Below are positions 48,557 to 57,264 of a stretch of 64,000 bases of DNA, one piece after another (position 1 is the stretch's first letter; each line of letters opens with the position of its first letter). The translations under genes were made by a program, and so were the position numbers. Origin of the DNA: Thermoanaerobaculia bacterium (GTDB lineage: Bacteria > Acidobacteriota > Thermoanaerobaculia > UBA5066); contig CAWGCY010000006.1 of assembly GCA_963821225.1 (NCBI GenBank), positions 275,217 through 339,216 of the forward strand, given 5' to 3'. A model generated the notes under the pieces. That model did no database searches. It was not told the origin of the DNA and saw nothing but the letters and a program-made list of their open reading frames with translations.

Positions 48557-50224
48557 TTGAGTACGATTCCCGCGGACTACCTTCCGCCGAAGGAATTTCA
48601 ACCCGATCGGATCTACAAGCTCAAGGAGTTCGCGAGCTATCCGGATTCGCTGAACAGCACCGAGGAGCTGCTCGACAAGCAGATCGCGGCAGGCCGGGGC
48701 GACCGCCCCGCGATCCTGTTCGGTGACAAGGTCATCACGTACAAGCAGCTTCTAGGGGCCGCCTGCAAGATCGGAAATGCCCTCAGAAAGCTCGGCGTCG
48801 AGGAGACGGACCGGGTCATGCTCCGGTCGCCGAACGTTCCGCCCGCGCTGTTCACGAATTTCGGCGTCCTGAGGCTTGGGGCCGTGATGGTCCCGACCTC
48901 GCACATGCTCTCTCCGAACGAGATCGCGCACATCGCCAACAACGCCGAGGCGAAAGTGATCGTCGTGGCGGCCGCGTTCGCGGAGGGGGTCGTCAAGGCG
49001 CGGGCGAATCTCAAGACGACCAAGCACGTCATCGTCTTCGGCGGTAAGCCGGAGGAGCTGAAGGCGCAGGGGCTTCTCTGCTACGAGGAGCTCGTCGCGA
49101 ACGAGTCGCCGGCTCTCGATCCGGTCCGCCGTCCGCGCACGGCGGTCTCCGTCCTGCTCTACACATCGGGAACGACGGGCATGCCGAAGGGAACGGCGCA
49201 CTACATGGAAGAGGCGCTGATCGTCCCGGACACGATGGGAAAGTACGGGTGGAACGTACAGCCCGAGGACGTTCTCTGCGGCCCAGCTCCCATCTCGCTT
49301 GCCGGCGGGTACTCGACCGTGGCGACAATTCCATTCCGGTTCGGCGCCGCGGCTTCCCTGATCGCGAAGTTCACTCCCGAGGGGCTCTTCGAGCAGATCC
49401 AGAGCCACAAGGTGACGATCCTGAGTGCTCTCCCCACGGCCTACCGGAAGATGCTCGAGTTCGCGGGCACGGACAAGAAGTTCGATCTGTCGAGCCTTCG
49501 CGTGCTGACAGGGGGCGGCGAATCGCTGACGGCCAAGACGTATCTGGACTGGAAGGCCCGCTTCGGCCAGGAGATCTACGAGGGCCTCGGAACGACGGAG
49601 ATGATGTACGTCTTCGTCTCCAGCGTGGTCACCCGCAAAGTGAAGCCGGGGGCGATCGGCACCGCGGTCCCCGGGTACGAAATCCAGGTCATCACGGAAG
49701 AAGGCAAGGTCGCGAAACCGGGAGAGCTGGGAAGGCTCTACGCTCGCGGCCCCACGGGGACCCTCTATTGGCGTCCCCTCGAGGAGGGTGGAAATCTCCT
49801 CGAGAAACAGAAATCGCTCATCCGCGAAGGGTGGGTGCTGGTCGGCGACTTCTGCACGATGGACGAGGAGGGGTACCTCAGCTTCGTCTCCCGCCAGGAG
49901 GATCTGATCAAGAGCTCCGGCTACCGCATCGGTCCTGAGGAAATCGAAGACGCGCTTCTCAAGCATCCCGCCGTGGCCGACGCGGGCGTGATCGGCATCC
50001 CGGACCCCGTCCGGGGACAGAACGTCAAGGCCGCCGTCATCCTGAAACCCGGGATCACGCCGAGCGAGGAGCTGAAGAAGCAGCTCATCGACAGCTGCCG
50101 GGATCACGTCGCGATTTACAAGCTGCCGCGGATCGTGGAGTTCGTCACGGAGCTTCCGCGCACGCTGCAGGGGAAACTCCTGCGGCGGGTTCTGCGGGAC
50201 AAGGAGCCGGCGCCCACGAAGTAG
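48557..50224 (+). CDS. AMP-forming acyl/aryl-CoA ligase (benzoate/2-aminobenzoate-CoA ligase-like)
   Basis: YTSGTTGMPKG, EGLGTTE, IKSSGYRIGPEEIE, LPRTLQGKLLR. TTG start with GAGGAGG SD. Confidence 0.9.
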   Translation: MSTIPADYLPPKEFQPDRIYKLKEFASYPDSLNSTEELLDKQIAAGRGDRPAILFGDKVITYKQLLGAACKIGNALRKLGVEETDRVMLRSPNVPPALFTNFGVLRLGAVMVPTSHMLSPNEIAHIANNAEAKVIVVAAAFAEGVVKARANLKTTKHVIVFGGKPEELKAQGLLCYEELVANESPALDPVRRPRTAVSVLLYTSGTTGMPKGTAHYMEEALIVPDTMGKYGWNVQPEDVLCGPAPISLAGGYSTVATIPFRFGAAASLIAKFTPEGLFEQIQSHKVTILSALPTAYRKMLEFAGTDKKFDLSSLRVLTGGGESLTAKTYLDWKARFGQEIYEGLGTTEMMYVFVSSVVTRKVKPGAIGTAVPGYEIQVITEEGKVAKPGELGRLYARGPTGTLYWRPLEEGGNLLEKQKSLIREGWVLVGDFCTMDEEGYLSFVSRQEDLIKSSGYRIGPEEIEDALLKHPAVADAGVIGIPDPVRGQNVKAAVILKPGITPSEELKKQLIDSCRDHVAIYKLPRIVEFVTELPRTLQGKLLRRVLRDKEPAPTK

Positions 50225-50286
50225 AACCGACTTCACGTCACGTCGCGCGCGCGGGGCGGCGGAGATCTGAACTAACATTCCGCGCC

Positions 50287-51144
50287 ATGAGTCCGATGGT
50301 CTTGCAGGCCGTCGCATCCGGCCTCGTGCTCGGTCTGGTCTATGCCGGAATCGGGGCCGGCTTTTCGCTCATCATGGCCACCGGACGCCTGATGAATCTC
50401 GCCCACGGCGAGTTCGTTCTCGTCGGGGGCTACATCCTCTTCGTTCTGTGCCAAGGGATCGGCTGGCCGTGGCCGGCGGCCCTCGCGCTGACGCTTCTCG
50501 GAGGGGCGCTCCTCGGAGCCGCCCTGCCCCCTCTCGTCCGCCGTCTGCCGCGCCGCGAGTCGGACGGGCTGGCATTGACGCTTGGCGTCGGCTTCGTGCT
50601 GCAGAGCCTTCTCCTGCAAGGGGCGAGTGCGACGTATCGCGTGATTCCCGGCGGGGCCTGGCCGGAGACGATGGCATTCGGGCCGGTCACTCTCAGTCGG
50701 ATCACGCTGGCAGCGGCCGGCGCGGCGGCTGCGGCCCTCGTCGGCCTCGACCTCTGGCTCCACGTTTCCTGGACGGGTACAGGGCTGAGGGCGGTCAGCC
50801 AGTCCCGGCCCGCCGCGGCCAGTCTCGGGATCTCTCCTGCCCGGATGGAATGGGTCGCCTTCCTCACCGGGGGAGCGATCGCGGCCGGCGCCGGGGGACT
50901 CGTGCTCCTGACCCGCTTTCTCACTCCGGCAGAAGGCCCGGCCTGGACGCTCGTGGCGCTCGCCGTCGTCTTCCTTGGAGGGCGACCCCGGGCGGGAACC
51001 CTCGTCGCGGCGGGAGTCGCGCTTGGAATCCTCGAATCTCTCGCAACCGTGCTCGTGGGAGGCGGCTGGCGCGAAATCGTCGCGAGCGCTTGCGTCCTCC
51101 TTTGGCTTCTCGTCCCCGGGAGGACGGAGCTCGCCGATGCATGA
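50287..51144 (+). CDS. livH: Branched-chain amino acid-type ABC permease (LivH-like)
   Basis: GFSLI...MNLAHGEF, GLRAVSQ, VFLGG. Confidence 0.82.
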   Translation: MSPMVLQAVASGLVLGLVYAGIGAGFSLIMATGRLMNLAHGEFVLVGGYILFVLCQGIGWPWPAALALTLLGGALLGAALPPLVRRLPRRESDGLALTLGVGFVLQSLLLQGASATYRVIPGGAWPETMAFGPVTLSRITLAAAGAAAAALVGLDLWLHVSWTGTGLRAVSQSRPAAASLGISPARMEWVAFLTGGAIAAGAGGLVLLTRFLTPAEGPAWTLVALAVVFLGGRPRAGTLVAAGVALGILESLATVLVGGGWREIVASACVLLWLLVPGRTELADA

Positions 51145-52756
51145 GGGGAGGCCGTTCTTTCTCGCGTGGGCGGTCGTTCTGGGAGCCAGCGGGATCGCCA
51201 TCGCGACCCTGGGCCGATACGGCGTGAACGTCGTGGCCTTCGGGCTTCTCTACGCCGCCCTCGCGACGAGCTGGAGCTTCATGCGGGCCACCGGGCTCTT
51301 TTCCTTCGGGCAGGCGGCGTTTTTCGGGGTGGGGGCGCTGACTCAAGCCTGGCTCGTCGCGGTCGGACGGACCTCTCCGTGGCTGGCCCTCTCCGCGAGC
51401 GCGGCGGCAGGCGCTCTGGCTGCCGTTCCGTTGATCCCCGGCCTCCGCCTTTCTCCACCGGGCTTCGGCCTTGCAACTCTCGCCTACGCGATCCTTTTGA
51501 GAGGCCTGGCCGGGAACGTGCCGGACTTCGGAATGGAGGGATTCCTTCTCCCCACGACGCCGGGCTTCGACGGGCCGGCCGCCCCGGTCGTGGGGACGCT
51601 GGCTGTGCTCGTCCTCGTCAGCGGCCTCGGTTACGAAGTTTTTCTCGGCCGGCCAGGCGGCCGCGCCGCCGCCGCCCTTCGCCAGTCACCCGAGACGACG
51701 CTCAGCCTCGGCATCGACCCCGTCTCGGCGCGATGGCGCCCGTTGACGTTGAGCGCGGCGACGACCGCGATGGCGGGCGCTCTTTACGCCCACCTCGTCG
51801 GGAGCGTCGAGACGACCGTCGTTTTCTCATCGACCTTCTCCGTCGTGCCGCTGGTACTGGGAATGCTCGGAGGCGCCCTCAGCCCGCTTGGCGGGCTGGT
51901 CGGGACGCTCGCTCTCTACCCGGTCGACGAGCTCTTCTTCAGGCCTGCTCTTCCCCTCGCGCACACGCTGGCCTATGGCCTCGCCCTGTGCGGGTTGCTC
52001 CTCTTCAAACCGGAAGGACTCCTCGGAGCCCGGACGCCACGGATTCCCGCCTCCGCCGCTCTGCGGCGGATCCCGCATGGACCCTGTAGCCTGGCCGTTC
52101 GCGACCTGACCGTGCGCCGCAATGGGACTCCGGTACTCCAGGACGTCAGTTTCGCGATCGAGCCCGGGCAGATTCTCAGGGTTCTCGGCCCCAACGGCGC
52201 TGGGAAAACGTCGCTTCTCCTGGCGATTGCGGGAAGGATTCCTGTCGCACGAGGAGCGATCCTTCTGGGCGGTACGCCGTCACCGCGTGGCCCGGCCGCG
52301 CGGGTCCGGCGCGGCGTGGGGCGGACGTTTCAGGCGCCCCGGCCGTTCCCGGAGTGGACCGTACGAGAGAACGTCGCGCTCGCTTCGGAACGCGGGAACG
52401 CCTCGGGCGAAGTGGAGGAACTCCTCCGGGAACTCGACCTTTCCGCACTTTCAGGTCGCCCGGCCGGGCAGCTGAGCGTGGGGGAGGGGAAACGCCTGGA
52501 CCTCGCGCGGGTGCTCGCCCTCGAACCCGCGCTCCTGCTGCTCGACGAGCCCCTCGCCGGGCTCAGCCCGGCAGCCGCCGAGCGCGTGTCCGGCGCCATC
52601 GAGCGGAAGCGCCGCGAGGGCACAGCCGTCGTCTGGGTCGAGCATGGCCCGGCCGCCGGCGATCTGACCAACCAGCTTCTCGTCCTCGACGGCGGACAGG
52701 TTCGTTTCCTCGGGTCGCCCGGCGACTGGGAGGCGGCGCGCAAGGCGCAATCGTGA
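51137..52756 (+). CDS. Fused LivM-like permease + LivG-like ATPase
   Basis: GLFSFGQAAFFGVG, MLGG, then GPNGAGKT, RTFQ, LSVGE, LLLDEP, VEH. Confidence 0.82.
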   Translation: MHEGRPFFLAWAVVLGASGIAIATLGRYGVNVVAFGLLYAALATSWSFMRATGLFSFGQAAFFGVGALTQAWLVAVGRTSPWLALSASAAAGALAAVPLIPGLRLSPPGFGLATLAYAILLRGLAGNVPDFGMEGFLLPTTPGFDGPAAPVVGTLAVLVLVSGLGYEVFLGRPGGRAAAALRQSPETTLSLGIDPVSARWRPLTLSAATTAMAGALYAHLVGSVETTVVFSSTFSVVPLVLGMLGGALSPLGGLVGTLALYPVDELFFRPALPLAHTLAYGLALCGLLLFKPEGLLGARTPRIPASAALRRIPHGPCSLAVRDLTVRRNGTPVLQDVSFAIEPGQILRVLGPNGAGKTSLLLAIAGRIPVARGAILLGGTPSPRGPAARVRRGVGRTFQAPRPFPEWTVRENVALASERGNASGEVEELLRELDLSALSGRPAGQLSVGEGKRLDLARVLALEPALLLLDEPLAGLSPAAAERVSGAIERKRREGTAVVWVEHGPAAGDLTNQLLVLDGGQVRFLGSPGDWEAARKAQS

Positions 52757-53457
52757 CGGCGGACCTCGTCGCACGCGAGCTCACGGGCGGCTATCCCGGT
52801 GCGATCGTCTTCTCGGGGGCGAGCTTGTCCGTGAAATCGGGGGAGATCCTGGTCGTTTTGGGCGCCAACGGCTCGGGGAAATCCGCGCTGCTCGAGACTC
52901 TGCAGGGCCTTCTGGTGCACCGTGGCGGTGAGGTCCTTCTCGATGGCGAGAGCGTCCAGGACCTCGCGCCGGAAGCCCGCGCGGTACGCGGGATGAGCCT
53001 CGTCTCCGACCGGCGACGGCTCTTCGGGAATATGACGGTCGACGAGCATCTCCGGGTCGGCGCGTTTCGCGCTGCAGCTCGGCTCGGCTGGCGCCGTCGC
53101 GCGCTCGAGGTTCGCGGCCTCTTCACGGGCTTGACGCTGCATCGCGGCGCGCGACCGGCGGGCTTGAGCGGCGGCCTCCAGCAGCAGTTGGCGCTCGCGA
53201 GGTTTGGGATGTCCTCCCCGCGAGTCTGGCTGCTGGACGATCCTCTTCAGGGGCTCGATGAGGAGACGACCGGAGGTGTCCTCGACTGGATCCAGACGGC
53301 AGCGAGTGCCGGCGCAGCCGTGATCCTGACGGGACAGCACATCCGCGCCCTTCTCGGTGTTGCGACGAAGGCGATGTTCCTCGAAGGGGGCTCCCTCTCG
53401 GCGCTCTCCGTCGGCGCCGAAGGCCTTGAGGATCCGCGCGTGCGCGGGCTGCTCTGA
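52753..53457 (+). CDS. livF: LivF-like ABC ATPase
   Basis: GANGSGKS, LSGG, WLLDDP (Walker B Glu replaced by Asp). Confidence 0.78.
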   Translation: MTADLVARELTGGYPGAIVFSGASLSVKSGEILVVLGANGSGKSALLETLQGLLVHRGGEVLLDGESVQDLAPEARAVRGMSLVSDRRRLFGNMTVDEHLRVGAFRAAARLGWRRRALEVRGLFTGLTLHRGARPAGLSGGLQQQLALARFGMSSPRVWLLDDPLQGLDEETTGGVLDWIQTAASAGAAVILTGQHIRALLGVATKAMFLEGGSLSALSVGAEGLEDPRVRGLL

Positions 53458-53506
53458 GAGGGCCGCCCGCGGATGCGCGCCCGAACGCATGAAAGGGTTC
53501 CGCCGC

Positions 53507-53998
53507 CTACGGAACCTGATATTCTCCCTCGATCTGTTCCGTGACGCTGCCGTCGGCGTTAATCGTGCCCTTGTAAGTGCCCCTTCCTTTCAGACCTTTC
53601 AACTTCCCGGTGCCCGCCGTGAAGGTCCATGAACCCTGGGCGCTCTGAAGGACTCCGTCCTTCGATTTCGCGGATCCATGAAAACTCGTGGCGAAGGTGT
53701 CTCCGTTGACCATCGTTCCCGCGTGGAACCCATGGTTCGCCACATTCTCGCCGGTCACCTCGGCAAAGGCGGTGCTGACGCCGTCCTTCGTCAGCACGCC
53801 AGCCATCTCGATCGGCTTGCTCCAGGTGCACTGAGCTTTCTCGATGGCGAAGACGTGGTTGGGTTTGTCGGTGAGAGGAATGTTGTAGGCCGGGTCCGGC
53901 TTGCCACACTTCAAGGTGCCGGAGATCTTCGTCTGCGCGGCCGCCGGCGCGGCGAGTGTTGCGGCGAACAGGAACACCAGAAGACGCTTGTCGCTCAT
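53507..53998 (-). CDS. Secreted beta-rich hypothetical protein
   Basis: Signal peptide (AAAQ), two Cys, GTGKLKGLKGRG motif; GGAAGGA SD. Confidence 0.75.
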   Translation of the reverse strand: MSDKRLLVFLFAATLAAPAAAQTKISGTLKCGKPDPAYNIPLTDKPNHVFAIEKAQCTWSKPIEMAGVLTKDGVSTAFAEVTGENVANHGFHAGTMVNGDTFATSFHGSAKSKDGVLQSAQGSWTFTAGTGKLKGLKGRGTYKGTINADGSVTEQIEGEYQVP

Positions 53999-54165
53999 GA
54001 ATCCTTCCTTCCTCGGCTTCTACCGACGTCGCTTTCCTTGAAACAGACCACGTGGGCCGGTTGTCGGTGGGGAGTCTCCGTCTGCTGCCGGGGCTCGTCA
54101 AGGGCAAGAGGGGGCCGATCAACGACCGCCGCGGCCGAAAGCCGTGTCGTATAGTCCCCGCCGCC

Positions 54166-54576
54166 ATGAGCGAACCCGAAGTGAACTCCACCGCGTCCGC
54201 ACACTTCATCGTGGCGCCGTCCGATCTCGCGAGCGCCCTCAACCTCGAGCCCGAGGACGCGTTCCCGCCGGTGTTCGCGACGTCCCGCATGGTGGCCCTG
54301 ATGGAGCTCGCGGCCGCCCGCCTTCTCCGTCCCCATCTTCGGGCGGGCGAGCTCTCCGTCGGAGTCACCCTCGACGTCGTCCATACGGCCGCCACCCCTC
54401 CCGGCGCCACCGTCTCGGCCACGGCGAAATTCCTCGGGCGCGAGGGGAAGCTCTTCGTCTTCGAGGTCCTCGCCAACGACGACGCGGGCGAGATCGGCCG
54501 CTGCACGCACAAGCGGGCGGTCGTCACGACCGAGAGGCTCGTCGCGGGCGCGGCTCGCCGTGGAGAAAAGGCCTGA
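54166..54576 (+). CDS. FlK-like hot-dog thioesterase
   Basis: VFATSRMVALME...SVG...VHTAATPPG (Thr/Glu/His triad pattern). Confidence 0.85.
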   Translation: MSEPEVNSTASAHFIVAPSDLASALNLEPEDAFPPVFATSRMVALMELAAARLLRPHLRAGELSVGVTLDVVHTAATPPGATVSATAKFLGREGKLFVFEVLANDDAGEIGRCTHKRAVVTTERLVAGAARRGEKA

Positions 54577-55357
54577 CGCCTCGTTGACGAGCCTCGAGAT
54601 CCTCGGGCGGCGCCTCGAATACCGCTGGATAGGGCCGCGTCCCGGCGACGCGCCGTCGATCGTGTTCCTGCACGAGGGCCTCGGTTGTGTGGGAACGTGG
54701 CGGGAGTTCCCCGAGCGCCTGGCGTCCGCGACCGGCTGCGGCGCTCTCGTTTACAGCCGGATGGGCTACGGCGGGTCCGATCCCCTGATCGGAAAGCGGC
54801 CGGTCCGTTACATGCACGACGAAGCGCTGGGGGCGCTCCCGGCGGTCCTCGAGCACCTCAAGCTCGAGAATGTCGTCCTCTTCGGGCACAGCGACGGCGC
54901 GTCGATCGCGCTCATCCACGCAGGCGCCCAGGGGGGCTCCGTCCGCGGGCTGATCGTCGAGGCGCCGCACGTCTTCGTGGAGTCCATCAGTATCGAGGGG
55001 ATCCGGCGGACCACGGCGGATTACGAGACGACGCGCCTGAAAGAACGCCTCGCCCGATATCACGGCAGCAACACCGATTCGATGTTCCGGGGGTGGTCCG
55101 ACGTTTGGCTCAGCCCCGAGTTCCTGGAGTGGAACATCGAGGAGTACCTGCCGGCGATCAAGTGCCCCGTGCTCGTCGTCCAGGGTGAAGACGACCGGTA
55201 CGGCACTCTCAAGCAGGTCGACGCCGTGGTGGCGCAGGCCGGGGGTTCGGTCGAATCACTGATCCTTCCCCGTTGCGGCCACTCCCCGCACTCGGAAAGG
55301 CCGGACGAGGTACTCAAAGCTGCGACCCGGTTCATCAAGAACGCAATCGACATCTAG
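54560..55357 (+). CDS. Alpha/beta hydrolase
   Basis: FLHEGLG, GHSDG, QGEDDRYG, CGHSPH. Confidence 0.88.
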   Translation: MEKRPDASLTSLEILGRRLEYRWIGPRPGDAPSIVFLHEGLGCVGTWREFPERLASATGCGALVYSRMGYGGSDPLIGKRPVRYMHDEALGALPAVLEHLKLENVVLFGHSDGASIALIHAGAQGGSVRGLIVEAPHVFVESISIEGIRRTTADYETTRLKERLARYHGSNTDSMFRGWSDVWLSPEFLEWNIEEYLPAIKCPVLVVQGEDDRYGTLKQVDAVVAQAGGSVESLILPRCGHSPHSERPDEVLKAATRFIKNAIDI

Positions 55358-55375
55358 GTTCAGAAGGAGCACAAA

Positions 55376-57256
55376 ATGCTCCCATCCATGGCCCGTCCGG
55401 CTGTCCTTTTCGCCGCTCTTGTTTCCTCGGCCCTGATGCAGGGAGATGCGCAATCGCCTGCAGCCCGCGCGGCGAATCTGCCGCGCGAACGGATCATGTA
55501 TACGACCCGTCGTCCAGCGAGCCTAAGGCTGTATCTCTTTGAGGCCGGATTCCCGCCGAAACCGATCACAGACGATCGGGCTCTCAATTACGATGCGACG
55601 TTTTCTCCTGATGGCCAGTGGGTCGTGTTTTGCTCGGAGCGTTCCGGAGATCCCCACCTCTACGCGATCGACCCGACCCATCCCGATCCGCCGAGCCAGT
55701 TGACGCGCGGACATTTCATGGACGCTGCGCCCGCGTTCACGCCCGACGGTAAGTCGCTGCTATTTGTGAGCGATCGCGAGGGAAACGCGGATCTGTTCAC
55801 GATGCCGTTCCGGCCGGACGATCCGGCGGCGGGAGATGAAGCCAGGATCTTGACCCGCAACCCGGCGGGCGATTTCCGTCCCGCCGTTTCCCCCGACGGC
55901 AAGAGGGTCGCCTTCAGCAGCGATCGCGATAGCGGAAAGAGCGGGAATATTTATCCGTATAAGGCCGAGATCTACGTGATGAACCTGAACGGATCGGACG
56001 AGCGACGGTTGACGAGGACCGATGCAATGAATGGTTCGCCCGCCTGGTCCCGCGATGGCAGCACGCTTTTCTTCTACTCGGACCGCGAAGACCGCAAAGG
56101 CGAAAGCTACCGTATCTGGGCGATGGACTCCGCTGGCAAGAACCAACGCGCGCTCACGCCGCGAGAGCTGTCGGCCTTCTCGCCCGCGGTCATGCCGAAC
56201 GGCCGCGTCGCGTTTACCGCGAAAAAGCCCGGCGGCTTCCAGGTCATGTCGGCGGCGGCGGATGGCTCGGACGTCCGCCTGGAAAGCGGGACACAGCCGC
56301 AATGCCAGGGCCCCGCTTTCGACCGTCAGAGCGACCGGATGGTCTGCGCGGGAAGGGGACCGGTCTCGAACGTGCTGCCGGTTGTCGCGCTCGGCGCTCA
56401 CGGTGAGGTGCGGTTGCCTGACCGCATCCTTGATGTTCAGGGGGTGCACTCCCTGTTCTGCTCGATCAGCCCCGACGGTCTCGAATTCGTGACAGGGCAT
56501 TCGAAGACGCCAGGCGATTTGAGCGACATGCGCTTGGTTGCTCATCGTCTCGAAGGCTCCGGTGACCGCGAGGTATTCCGTCCCGCGAAGGCCGCACCCG
56601 TGTGGGCGATGAGCTGGGCCCGCCACGCGGATTTGATCGCGTTCACGGTGGGACCGCCATTCGCTCCAGAAAACGCCGTCGTGGACATCTGGACAGTTCA
56701 CGGCGACGGGTCGGCCCCAACAAATTTGACGAAAGGAAAATTTCGCAACAACGCGTTTCCCGAACTGACTGCCGACGGTCGGGAGATCGTCTTTCGCAGC
56801 ACCCGTGACGGGAAGAAGGGCATTTACATGATGAGTTCGGACGGCACGAACGTGCGGCGCGTCGCGACGGATCCAGCGGGGGCCCTCGCCACGATGCCTT
56901 CGATTTCCCCGAATGGGGACATGATCGCGTTCTCGACTTTTCAGATTTTCGTCCAACCCCTGATCAACGGCAAACCGGACGGCAGCCCGCGGCTACTTCA
57001 GAAGTATTCACCGAGCGTCCATGCTCGCTTCTCACCGGATGGAAAATGGATCGTGTTCGCGTCGAGGCGCGCCTGGCTGAACGATGAGGCTCCGCTCTCA
57101 AACGGCGAGTCGCAGCCATACGGCGAGATCTTCGTCGCGCCGGTGGATGGGAAGTCCGAGGCGATCCGACTGACCCACAACAAGTGGGAAGACAGCGTCC
57201 CGTGCTGGGGTGTCATGCCGCCTTCCTCGATCGCGGCTCACGCGGGCGGTAACTAG
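55376..57256 (+). CDS. Secreted TolB-like PD40-repeat beta-propeller protein
   Basis: Repeated FSPDG/SPDG...FxSxR blades; signal peptide. Confidence 0.85.
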   Translation: MLPSMARPAVLFAALVSSALMQGDAQSPAARAANLPRERIMYTTRRPASLRLYLFEAGFPPKPITDDRALNYDATFSPDGQWVVFCSERSGDPHLYAIDPTHPDPPSQLTRGHFMDAAPAFTPDGKSLLFVSDREGNADLFTMPFRPDDPAAGDEARILTRNPAGDFRPAVSPDGKRVAFSSDRDSGKSGNIYPYKAEIYVMNLNGSDERRLTRTDAMNGSPAWSRDGSTLFFYSDREDRKGESYRIWAMDSAGKNQRALTPRELSAFSPAVMPNGRVAFTAKKPGGFQVMSAAADGSDVRLESGTQPQCQGPAFDRQSDRMVCAGRGPVSNVLPVVALGAHGEVRLPDRILDVQGVHSLFCSISPDGLEFVTGHSKTPGDLSDMRLVAHRLEGSGDREVFRPAKAAPVWAMSWARHADLIAFTVGPPFAPENAVVDIWTVHGDGSAPTNLTKGKFRNNAFPELTADGREIVFRSTRDGKKGIYMMSSDGTNVRRVATDPAGALATMPSISPNGDMIAFSTFQIFVQPLINGKPDGSPRLLQKYSPSVHARFSPDGKWIVFASRRAWLNDEAPLSNGESQPYGEIFVAPVDGKSEAIRLTHNKWEDSVPCWGVMPPSSIAAHAGGN

Positions 57257-57264
57257 AGGGCGGG

